Shown: piece after piece, positions 29,833-41,608 of the stretch
Numbering within the stretch: the first letter of the stretch is position 1
Layout of the letters: each line of letters opens with the position of its first letter
Assembly: GCA_001949185.1 (NCBI GenBank)
Contig: BDGG01000013.1
Coordinates: 124,001 to 188,000 of the forward strand
Length of the DNA: 64,000 bases
Direction: 5' to 3'
Source: Ramazzottius varieornatus
Taxonomy: Eukaryota > Animalia > Tardigrada
The notes under the pieces: model-generated
Told to the model about the DNA's origin: nothing
The model's database searches: none
Seen by the model: only the letters and a program-made list of their open reading frames with translations
Position numbers and translations under genes: made by a program

Positions 29833-31801
29833 ATGCTGTCCAGCACCGAGATCACGTTGGCTGTGGCTTTGCTCGCAGTTGCTGTTGGCGCCCTCCCACG
29901 TAAGTTCGCTGAGGTTTGAGGTGATACTATGAACCTTTTCACCTTCTGGTTTCCCGTCACAGAACCTTGGAGCTTTTTCAGATGCCAAAGTCCAGCATTG
30001 CGGACGCCCCGTGACGGCTATGGAACGGATTTACACACCAGGAAGCCGCATTGTTGGCGGCAAGATTGCGCTGGACCAAAGCTGGCCTTGGATCGGTGCT
30101 CTGATGAAGCAGAAAGACCCAAAATACCTTCCTTACCAATTTTGCGGAGGAACTGTGGTCAGTGAGAAAATAAAATCATGCAGTCATAACCTCGTAGAGG
30201 AACTCGGGAATCGCTGATCTCATATTGTATTCGAAATCAGTCGCTCATCGTCTGGCAGATGTGTGTGATGGATGAATCAGTTGATTGATGGCTTTGCTCA
30301 ATGTTTTGGCGGCTAATTTCATTGTTGCGCTTCTCTATAGTTGAGTGACTCTTGGGTCATCACAGCGGGACATTGCGTGGCCAGCATGTCCGAAGCCGAC
30401 ATTATCCGCAAAGTGAAAGTCGTCCTGGGTCACGAGAACCTGTTGAACGCTTACCGGGATAAAGAAAACACTTTCCGCTCCATTTGTAAGGTGGTCAAGC
30501 ACGAAAAGTACGACGTGCCCATTGGCTCGACCAACAATGACGTGGCCCTGCTGAAACTCTGTACACCGGCGACTCTTTCCGATGACATCCAGCCGGCTTG
30601 CTTGCCGTCAAAGTCCATCTACGATGCGGCCGAAGGGGAGAATGTGCTGAAGGACAAGAGCGCCAACGATCGACGAGTTGGCTTCGTTGGTGGATGGGGA
30701 CGTCTTAGCGAGACCCAAAGTAAGTCAGCAAACCGCTGGGCCAAGCCAGAATTTGCAAACGCCAGGTCTCTCTTACAGAAAACGTACCAGGCCAACCGCC
30801 GTGGTTCGGAGCAGGAAGTGATGACTTGCAACAAGTCAATGTCGACATTTACCAATTTAGCGAATGCAAGACCAAACTGAAGGGATACTACTTTGGGCAG
30901 AATATGGTACGCAGTTGACATTGCAGCTCCTGAGCGCCCCCCTTTTTCCCCCAAATTAATTCCGACGGTGGGATGAGGTTGGCGCGCGCGGTGATGTGGG
31001 CAGTAATGTGAACTTGAAGTTGGTTTGCTTTGGTAGATTTGTGGAGGTTTCGATGAGGGCGGAAAAGACTCGTGCCAAGGTGATTCTGGCGGACCGCTGA
31101 TCTTGAAGAACGCCGAAGGTCTCTACGAGCTACAGGGAGTCGTCAGCTGGGGAGCCGGGGTGAGTAGCACGGTGTAGCTAAGGTGGCAGGCAGGGCAAGC
31201 ACTTGCCGTATCAGTACAGTGACCTTTAGTAACATGACAGTCCACTTGTTCGGAATCCGTACACTATGCTTCCATTTCAAATGGGCAAAATTACCATAAA
31301 CAGGACGGCTCGCCATGGAGTTTTCTTGATTGTTTGTTCATTCGAACGTAACAACACTAGCAACCTGCTGCATTCACTTTTCGCTCTTCGCAAACAGAAA
31401 CACTACCCAGAACCTCGAAGTATACAAGAAGGCTTTGCCAGTGCTGCATTCGGTCAAATCGATTGTGAAGGCATGGTTGGAAATTGACAGTTCCACTACA
31501 CCGAACTACTTTGGCAAAGCTGGCGCGGTTCATATGGTGGAAAACCATTAGCTGATTGTTGATCAAGTTGACTTTCCATAGATTATGGACGAAACTTTCT
31601 TATAATTTGGCAAGCTGTACAGTTCATGTTTGACTGGTGGTAGATAGAAAGGGACGAATTGTGCACAGATTTCGAACGAGTGGACCGAATTGAGACTGAT
31701 GAGTTTTCGTGTTACAGTGTGCACGAGCAAACATGCCGGGGATTTATGCCAACGTTTATAACCTCCGCCCATGGATAGAGGAAAAGATGGCCGCCAACTA
31801 A
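29833..31801 (+). CDS. Trypsin-like serine protease (S1A), ~6 exons
   Basis: Signal peptide, R/IVGG activation site, [28 protein letters not shown] (S1 Asp, trypsin specificity), VSWGAG and PGIYANV...WI. Confidence 0.95.
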
Positions 31802-32049
31802 AGTTGACAAACCAGAAAGCAATTACCTCGTTTGCTATCGAAGTAGCTTAATGTACTTCCACTTTATTGTCACTGCAATACATCAAGGATACCTGCAAAT
31901 TTCGTAGAAAATGAACCAAACGGGGACTCTATTGTTACCAGACTTATGCTGTTTGTGGACCAGACAATAAAGTCCCCAGTTAATGTTATGACGCAATGGG
32001 AAGTGGGAAGTATGGGTAAAGAACGCACAGTATTGATGTTTTATCGAAG

Positions 32050-33440
32050 TTAGCCGTGATGCGTGGGCTTCTCGCCCTCTTCCTGCTTGCCTTCTGCCTT
32101 CTTGTTTTTTTCACCTCCCACCGAAATTTCTACAGTTGAACCTTCTTCCTTTTTCTTTTTCCCTTCCCCTTTCTTCTCAACACTCTTGGCTTTCTTCTCG
32201 TTTCCTTCTTCCTTTTCTCCTCCTTCACCTTCTCCCCCTTCTTCTCCTCCTTCCTTCTTTTCTCCCCCTTCTCCCCCTTCTCCCCCTTCTCCACCTTCAC
32301 CGCCTTCACCACCTTCGTCCCCCTTTCCGCCTTCCTCACCACCTCCCTCTCCAGCTTCTCCTTCGCCTTCGGCCTTCTCGCCACCTTCACCTTCCGCAGC
32401 GCCTTTACCCTTGCTCATCTTTTCTGCCTCTGCTTTTTCCTCCTTCTTCTTGGTTGTCGGCTTCTTACCCTCGCCAACAATGTTAATGACGATAGCCGGC
32501 TTTTTGGTCGTCTTCTTGGTCGTCTTCCTTGTCGTGGGCAGCAGAGGTGGTCGAGTCGGTCGCTCTTGGAACAGAGAATGCGGAGGTACATCCCCGTAAT
32601 AACTAAAAATGAGCAGTGCAGCATTCAGTCTGCAGGACTGCAGTATGCCCAAAAGACTAGATACATACCTAGGACAGCGCCAAGGACCATCGCGACCTCC
32701 GACATCGCAGTCCGAGTCGGAGCGGACGCCCACACCTACGATAAAGCCAGATGCATGACGGAACATGAAAGAACGAGGGTCTAAGAATCAATGCTCATAT
32801 CCCCTACGTAGCAGTTTGCTTACTGGGAGTGAAGACAAGGGCCGCTTGTAATGCGAAGGGAGAGCGCACCGTGGTGCCATTGGTCAAGCATGCGGCAAAC
32901 GTTCCATGGAATGTCTTCTTCTGCGCATCCAGAAACTCTAAACAAATCATGTTTGAATAGTTCACACTCGATTGTTTCAACTTTATAGCTGCCTTGAAGT
33001 TTACGTACCGGTGAAGTTGAAGCTGCATGGGCAATCTCCCTTGCATCGGAAGCCGAGACCTTTAACAGATCAAGAACTGAGACCATCGATTCGTCCAGTG
33101 AGGCTTGCCGAGAAGAAAAGGACAAACCTGGTGTGGTAGCGATGGAATTGACGAGGTCGCAGATGGACGTGTACGTCAGTCCGTCGTTCGCGCAAACGCG
33201 AGACTGGCTGGGAGCTACGCCGGTGGTCAGACAGCGGCAAAATGGCGGTGTTGGTGGCTCCTCCGTCAGGGTCACCACGCGCCGACCACCGTTCCTTCGA
33301 GTCTCGGCCACAGCGACCCGCGGAAAAGATTGTGCCACGAAACGCTGACCATGGCTTTCATCGGTTATCGACAGGAGGAGAAAGACTACGGCTTCTGCTA
33401 AAAGTAATCGGGACAAAGTGTACTTGCTAAGATAAGACAT
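32050..33440 (-). CDS. Secreted Kazal-like domain protein with long Gly/Glu/Lys-rich disordered tail, ~5 exons
   Basis: Signal peptide, then FCRC...VCANDGLTYTSICDL...GLGFRCKGDCPC. A second degenerate module (ACLTNGTTV...SDC) follows, then TTRKTTKKTTKKP and a (GEG)n / EK-rich tail. Confidence 0.7.
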
Positions 33441-36400
33441 AATGTAGAAATTGTCACAACCAATAGTTATGCTAAGTTGTTTAGAATGTCAGAAAAAAGC
33501 TGCAGCCGCCATTTATACGAGAAATTCAAATCTGTACCGTTCGTCCGATTTTTCACGGTATGAGAAATGGGATTAAATTTTGTGCCGATAAAGGAGTGTG
33601 ATGTCGGGTGGTCTATTGTGTTTTCCTGAGGTAAGTTACAGTTGACGTTATGTGAGAAGCGACGGTCAATTATGAAAGTCGCTCCATCATCAGAATGGCG
33701 TTGTAGCCACCCGGCTGAGCCGATAAGTGGCCTGCCACACGGCAAAGATTTGCTGGAGATTCCCATACAGTTTCAGGGACCCGCAACCGGCTTATCCGCA
33801 GCCCTTTACATGTCGATATCGATGTTAGTATTGGACTGTGTATGAATCACTTAAAAGGTTTTCGCAGTTCCGTCTTACAGTATAACCATGTAGATTGTAG
33901 CATTACTGTACGAAAGCTCGGAGAAACCGGACGCAAATTTCATATGCAGCACACTGTTGGAAAAGCACAATGGTCATCTGGCATAGCGCGCCTATTGACT
34001 TTTGCATCAACGGATGTCAACAGTGGCCATGTTTGTTCAAACTATGCTCGGCCCAGAGATACAGGAGGCGCCGCCGGCGTTCGCCGTCTTCGTGTTTCGT
34101 GTAATTTCCTTTGAGAAGTCAATCGGTTAGTAAGCGCTCTGTCTGACATTCTAACTTTCAAAGAGATATGATGGCTAGTGGCCACTGCGCTCGGAAATCC
34201 TGCACATGTCTTACAAGATAAGAAAAACCATTACGGTGCATTGAAAAGACGGCTTTTCATCGAGCTCGCGCCGCACTAAGCCTATAATCTCGAATTTAGA
34301 GCACAATTTGTTCGGCGACAAGTATGTCAATTGCAAGGGACCAAAGTCCGCCGCTGAGATAACCACTGCGCTCTACGCCCATTCGGCAAATTTGCTTCAT
34401 GGTGCAAAAGCGCGACTGTAGCCTAGACAAAGCACAACTCGAAGTTGCAAACTTTGGAAACCGTAAAAAGTTTTTGCGCAACTGTACTGTAGAACGAAGA
34501 GCAAGTGCGTCAATAGAGTACGCTGTATTTATCTACCATCTTTATTTTGTTAGATCAGACCGTGATGTCACGCCAGTTCACACGGCAGCATATCGACGGG
34601 TACTCAACACGAGATAAAACGCGGCATGAAAGACGCAATATGAGACCGAAAGCCCAAGCAGGCAACCAGGCGTTGAATATTGAAGGACGCGCAGCTGTTC
34701 GCTGCGGCACATGTGCAGCAAAACATGCAGATACACAAGTCTGCCGTCGCCGCATGAAACACTTTCTCCCCTGTCTTTAGCCACAGATAGACCTAGTCAC
34801 ATTTGAGAGCACGTCGATACTTATACCCTTTCCGTCACTCAAAATTTTCCATTTCTCCCGAGAGACCAGATTCTTTTCCTCGCAGTTCTGAACACATTAG
34901 TTTCTTGTTTCAGCAATATTCTTCGTTGTAGTGAATCTTTGTTGGACCATCAAGACTGCAAAGTTGACTGGGAATTTCTCCAGGAAGGATTTTATTGGGG
35001 CAATCCGTTTCTTCAGCACTGGATATCCGCCGCCGAGATTGAAGTTGAGCTGCTACTGTTTCATATCGATCCATTGATCCGGGAAAAGCGATCGATCAGC
35101 ATACGGTGCGCAGCGGCTCCATCACACGGTGTAGGACGCATATGCCTAGTTGCTGGTTCAGCAGATTACTCTGCTGAGTCGTTTCCTGCCTCGTCTCAAG
35201 ACTGCGGCACTCTAGGTAAGTTCGGCTAATTCGCTTGAGCTCTCAGCCACCAGCTGATTTTATTGCGAGTACTCATCAACAGCCATTGTCAAGAGCAAGT
35301 ACCTGCAAACATATGCCACGAAGATTGAAGAACCAAAGGCCGAATGTTATTTTCTGCTCGGCGAAGGAAGCCCCGAAAGGGGAGATTCAAGCTAGAAGGC
35401 AGACAGCGCCGAAAGGAGAAAGACCAAAAGGTCTGGGACACGAGGAATAGGGCCGCTTACTTGCTTGGAAGAGTCCAGTAATCACTCTATTGCCACTAGG
35501 CCTATCGCTTCCTGTCAGGCTGTGGTTGTTCCCTTTTTCGCTTGACTGCTTAACTCGAACAGCACATGCAAGCATAATATTTAATCAGATCATAATGCTA
35601 TACAGACTGACCGCAATCCCCGCCGTGGGCTATGGTGGTTCACTTCCTTGTCCAGGAAATTAATATTGACCGTAGGAAACAGCGCCGCAAAATACCCAGA
35701 TCAGCAAGATTACACGCCTTTCGCCCCAATGCTATTCGCCACGACGTCTCTGCAAAACCACCGCGCAAAATATCAACCTAGCTAATTTATTTTCAAGTAG
35801 TTTATTTTCAAGTAGATCAGGAGCGCGATATATTCACGGCCAGTGGGCCGGAGTCAGCTGTCGGTCTGGCTGCATGACACCATAAACACTTCGGCGCACG
35901 GCCGTATAATGCGATATCCACAAGCCCCTCATTGTGGCTATTGATGTGCTTCATTTACTTTTCCCCAGAGTATACTTGGCCCAACGTACTTTGCAGTCCC
36001 GAAATACATCTGATATCGATCGATCGACATGTTTTCCCTTCTAAATCGAACATGTCCGTATACCATCTTCCTTGCCGCTACTGAGGCTCAGTTCAAGTAC
36101 GCAGAACCATGCCTGTGGTGAACTTGACTGCCTACTTGCTCGACACGTCTCTCCCGTTTCATTTTATTCATTGCGTACACACAAGTAGACGGATGTGAGG
36201 AAGGACACCACAGTTGAGCGCTGTTTGATCTGAATGAATCAAAATACGCAAAGCTCAGTAATTCTGCCCCACCACCGATCATCTCGCGCCATCGTACAGG
36301 ACAAGGAAGTAGAGTGGAGAAGAGCTATAGCCAGGACCTAACGCCTCGTCAAATGTCAAAGCAACACTGTACATTTACATTTGCGCAGTTGTACCAGAAG

Positions 36401-37487
36401 CGACAGCGCCAGAATCTAACATGAACTCATCATCAGTTCTAACTTTGGCCGGACAGATATTGTCAACATGCAAGTAGAGGAAAAATCTTGTTGTGATCAT
36501 CCATCCATGTGTGCGGCAGAAATATGTCTTGTTTTGGTGGAAACTTTACGCCGATGCCTATCATCCAAAATGTTCCTTAGGTGTTAGTCTGGACGAATTA
36601 TCGGCATATTTAGGATGGTATTCATGGATGAAACATTTCCGTCTTTAGTGCCTCGATTGCCTTTCGTGTCAACCTGTGAGGCAAAGTCAAACATAAAATG
36701 ATCGTTATGCCGTAATAACTTTTGTGCCAGCTAGAGTCCTAGGTATCCGCATCGTCGCTTACCTAACTTCTTTCTCCTCATCAATCTTCGCCTTGTCAAC
36801 TTTTGCTCCCCGGTTCTTTTCATTGATGGTGCACCTTCAACCCGGGCACTTGAAAAGTGTCACGACCCAACCTTCGATCTTTCCATTCTTTGCATTCATC
36901 CCAACGGAGCCAGCCCAGTCCAAAAGCAACATCAAACCACATGCTTTGACATGGTTTTACAGCCAATTTATCACACTGCGTCAAACATTGGAGTTACCTG
37001 TTCGCAGTCATGTTTCTGACCAGGCGTAACACCCCAGATCGAAATTAGCCTCAGACGAGCCATTGTTTAGCATGTGATCACACCATGTGAAAACGTGATC
37101 TGGTTCTTGTTTTATCCAGCGGGGATGTTGTTGCAGGCTCAGCAGCCTTGTCGTCTCGTCAAGCCCACTTCCCTTCCTCTGGCCGAACCTCTTCCGCCTC
37201 CTCGCCTCCAGCACATCCCTCAACCTAAACTCCGTTCTCCGTCTGTCAGTCGCCGAACTGTCGCCCGAAACAACAAACCCAAGGCGAGACCGACGTCGCA
37301 CTATCAGCACCCACCGCATTTTCATTATCTTGACCCCACGCGCATCTCCTACCCTTCGTACTACTATCCATCCTACTCCTTCATCGTCTCCAGCCGACGC
37401 CATTCAACCCCATCGTCGGTCACTTCCCGATGTACGGCGGCATATCCCCTGCCCATTCTTCGGCCTAATCGAATCATCACACGAACA

Positions 37488-38795
37488 ATGGCCACCGCCA
37501 TACAGCAGAGTCCGCTGACCACGGAAAGGTTCGAGAGAACCACCTTCGCCGAACCGGCGCATGTCAGGATTGAGACGACGACCACAACCACGGTTATCTC
37601 AAGAGACATCAATAGAGAGGGAGGCCAGTATTATACCATACCCAAAGGATATCCCGGTGGAAATGTCAGCCATAATCCCCCCATTGTCCGTGTTGTCCAG
37701 AAACCCATCGAAGCGTAAGTCCTGTACACCTTCAAAAGCTTGAGGCCTCCAAACATTAGCAGTGGAGAATCAGCCAATCGCACAATAGTTCTTTTCGCAG
37801 CTGTAACTTGCATCTTTTCCGATTTTTTACGATTGTTTCTAGGCCTGAACATGGGGTGTAGGGTCTGCGCCATGATTGTCACTGACTCGATCTCGCACGG
37901 AAAAGGTTGATGGTTTCATGGGTCTGCCTCGCGAGTCAGTCAGCACATCTTTCGATTAAGTGTGAACATTTTTGATTGACGAGTAAAACTTCCGCCTTGT
38001 TTTTAAGCCATTCTGGTTTTAGGATCCATTCCTTGCTTCCGCAAAATAATTTCGATACTTTTGAAACTAGAACTTTTCAGTATTTTAAACTGCGTCAGCC
38101 TCTTGACATGCAACGCGGAAAGGCTTTTTGCGTTGTGGGTACTACGAAGGAGACTGCAGGACTCGAAGAGATATTTTATGTTTCAAATCTAAAAGAGGGA
38201 GAAATCATGTTGATTTTAACTTGGCCTCCTGCTTTCATTGCTGTCTTCTCTTGAAGAACAAGTTATTTTTCTTCGGCATTTCCCCGATTTTGATTCCTTT
38301 CTCAGGTTGAACGTGGACGGTGACAATCCATTCCGACCGGAAGGTGAACTGTACAAGGAAGCAGAAGAAGTGGTCAAGGCCTACACGTTGCCCCGTGGCA
38401 GTGGCGCACCTTCGCCACTTCCGGGCGAGCACCCGGAAAGCCCCAACCAGAATGACCCCATTCACACCGGAGAAACCACGGCTGTGTCAAACGCTGGCAT
38501 CAACCTGTCATCTCCCAGCCGCAGCCGTGTCACCAGCAGCACGGAGTCTTCCCAGAGCGCCGGGCCAGCAGCCGTAAATCTTCCACAGCCTTCTGACAGC
38601 CAGTCAGGCACCGACCACGTCGAAAAGCCTTCCACTGCTCGCAGAAAATCATCGACGGATGTCCAAGTCAATCACAAACGACAGTCCAACCCGGACAACA
38701 ATGTCCAACCCGATGCCAAGAAGAAGGACAGGAAGGAGAAGAAGAAAAAGAAACCGGTGGGATGCGGGGGCGATAAGCGCTGTTCTATTATGTAA
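37488..38795 (+). CDS. Uncharacterised disordered protein with polybasic + CAAX (CSIM) membrane anchor (exons 37488-37714, 38306-38795)
   Basis: A phase-2 junction gives KPIEALNVDGDNPFRPEGELYKEAEEVV. C-terminus is KKKDRKEKKKKKPVGCGGDKRCSIM*. Confidence 0.75.
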
Positions 38796-39548
38796 TAAGA
38801 CATGACTATTACGTAATGTGTGACTACTGCTGACTTACCGGTTGAACTATGACATTGCATTCATGATAAGCTCGGTATTACATGCATCTTAAGCTTGACA
38901 TTTCGTACCATGACGCTGCATAGTTTCCATTTCGTTATCGGCAATGATTGTTTCTCAATACTGTAGTGTACTATATTCATTTTTGTTCGAGTTTTTTTGT
39001 TCCGGGATATTTCATCTAATAATTTTTTACTATTCTCCCGAGGGGAAATTCTCGTTGAAATCTGAGGCATTACCAGCGTTAACAAGGAAAAATCAGTCCC
39101 AAATAGATTTTCGAGTTCCGAACTTCGAACCTACGGTAGTTACACGGCTTGTCGATTTACGCTCCAGCAAAACGTCAACTGGATATAACAAAAGTGGAAC
39201 AGAAAGAGAAGAAAGTTAAGAATTATGAAAATTCAACACAAACCCGTGAACCTCCGTTTCGCTCCTTCCCATACGACCAACTTCCGGTCAATACAAAAGA
39301 ATTATCAGAATTCCCAAATCGCGTTCTCTCCACAGAGAGAAGCGCCAGTAACAAAACCTCGAAGATGTGTGATTATCCAAGACAACTGGACCTGAATGTG
39401 TCCAAAGTGATAAAGTGGAAAAGATGATCTCAACCTTTTGTGCAAACACAGTCAACAGTTCGAGGTGTCTACCGCGTGTGTAGCGTACGGTGCATTATAC
39501 TACAGAAAAGAAAACCTAAGAACGAAAAGGGATTTGACTGAAGGTTCT

Positions 39549-41608
39549 TTAGTCATGAGAAGAGGTTGATTTGCAGTAGAGCTCCTTCAACGACTTGAGC
39601 TCTTCGATCAAGGCCTTGTTCTGGTTCTCCAGGACGGCCACCCGATTCTCCAGACACTTGATGTACTCCTTCTTCTTACGACGACATTCCTTGGCCGCTT
39701 CCCTGTAAGAACCCACACAACTGTTAGGTGAACCTGCCAGGAGACAAACAATCAACTTGGAAGAATTTGAGAGCTGAGCAAACAGACTCCACAAGGTCTC
39801 TTCAAGTGACGCATGCTTCCAGCCATTCATACTGAAAACGTGTGCCACTTGAGACAGCACTCAACAACTAGATTTTGATTGTTCTCCGAGTGAAGTGGCG
39901 CACATCTTCGAAGTTAATGGCCGCCAGCGTGCGCCACTTGGACGAGTCGAACAAGCTCCTCACGCTTGTTTATCGAACAACTTTCTTACCTATTTTTGAG
40001 GAGGCGAACTTCGCGTTTGCGGCCGACTTCGTCAGCCATGCCTTGCTGCTGTCCGTAAGCAGGGGCAGTAATGACCATAGGAGAGGACAGCCTCACATCG
40101 CCACCGCTGCCGGAAGAGCTGGCACTGCTCATGCCGCTACTGGACTGCTTGTTGGCCGTACCCGACGTCAATACTTCTCCGTTCACTACAACAAGAAGCA
40201 ACCATCTCATTCACACGAACCGACAAACCCACAAGTACCGTTCGTCCAGAAGGAAATGTGGAGCTCACATGAAGAGACAGGTATGAGGAACTGCTGGCCA
40301 TCCTGAGTCATAATAACCGTCGTGCCTTGGAGGGCCGACATGTCCACGTTGGTTCCGCCATTGGTCACCACTTGGACCGTACCTGCAACCAAAAACTTCG
40401 ATCAACACCGTCAGATTCCAAACAAGTTCAGCTTAAGAAAACGGCAAAAATTTCACCTTAAAAATTCAGAAAGTTAGATAAAGTTCCGCAGAAGAAAAAA
40501 CAGCTGATCAGCTTTCGTAGCAGCAGACTACGCAGGATTAAAGTCAATTTTAGTTCGTGTTACAAACTAGTACTGTTTCCAGACGAATGAACACGAAACA
40601 GGACCAAACGGGAAACGTGAGTGAAATGGAACGGTACGACACAAGAAAGCAACCTGGAGAGATACCGCGTCAGGAGCGAAGCGTTTGTGGCTCAGCTTAC
40701 GACCGCGTACCCTGTTCGTCTCCACCGAAAACAGGGCTTGGCCCTCATCATCGACGCTGTCGGACGTCATCGGCAACGTACTATGACGCAAGGAGCCACT
40801 TCCGCAATCGCTTCCCTCCCTCGCTCTTTTCTCACTAACAAGCCAAGTGGACCAGCTTCAATGTCAATGCCGAGAACCCGCACTCCTTCACTGAGTCAAC
40901 TAATCAATAACTGAGCGGAAAGCCAGAAAGAGAACAGTGAAGGAAGAAAGAAAAGGGAGGAACCCCGGTAGCGGCTCATTCTCAAGGCGAAGACACTCGA
41001 TCGTCACGCGTTTTCCCTGAATTGCTTCCAAACAAAAGTATCGCATAACGGTCCTGATTACCTACAGGCTAAAAACCTCAAAAAGCGAGAACTGACAAAA
41101 GCTGCAGGTTCGAGGGATCGAACCCCGACCTCCCAGATCGCGGAGTTCAACGACGTCACTGTACACAGTCACATGACTCAGCACGCCACATGGTACATGC
41201 GAATACCAGTGCGCCTTTGCTTTCACGCCATGGTAGGTCGTGGGCTGCACAATCTTCGTAGGAGGACTACGACTACCCTGCTTGCCCGCTAATAATATGC
41301 GCAAGTCCCGCCTGGCAATGTTTCCAACCAAAGTGCAGATCGCCGTTGGCTACTTCGCCAAACGACACTTGCTTCTAAAACTTCGTGTAATCTTAACTAC
41401 AGGAACACGGAATAAAAAGAGGTTTACCTGTAGTACCAGCTTTCTTCTTGCCTTTCGCTGCAGCTTTGGTCTTTGCGGCGCTGCGTGTGGTGGTCGAGCC
41501 GCCGCTTTTGGCCGGGCTGGCTTCTGCTGCGTCCACGGAGGAAGGTTCGGAGACAGCGGAATGGGAGTCATCGTAGTCTTCTTCCATATCGCTCTTGACA
41601 GACGTCAT
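39549..41608 (-). CDS. CREB: CREB/ATF1/CREM-family bZIP transcription factor (exons 41608-41428, 40382-40269, 40185-39990, 39702-39549; 214 aa)
   Basis: RKREVRLLKNREAAKECRRKKKEYIKCLENRVAVLENQNKALIEELKSLKELYC and a Q2-like TQDGQQFLIP. All junctions keep frame. Assignment of the first exon is inferred from phase compatibility. Confidence 0.92.
41103..41160 (-). other. tRNA-like B-box/T-arm remnant (possible tRNA-derived SINE head) in CREB intron
   Basis: Minus strand reads GGAGGTCGGGGTTCGATCCCTCG. No convincing acceptor stem or D arm. Confidence 0.25.

Noticed and set aside
32063-32599. Pro/Ser/Phe-rich plus-strand ORFs (also 22667-23203)
   Set aside because: They are antisense shadows of G/E/K-rich coding exons.
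40567-40791. Alternative CREB first exon (MTSDSVDDEGQALF...)
   Set aside because: The visible donors are phase 0, whereas the next CREB exon needs phase 1. It might still be a UTR or alternative exon.
41103-41160. Functional tRNA gene
   Set aside because: Only a T-arm/B-box-like motif is present, and no cloverleaf could be built by eye.
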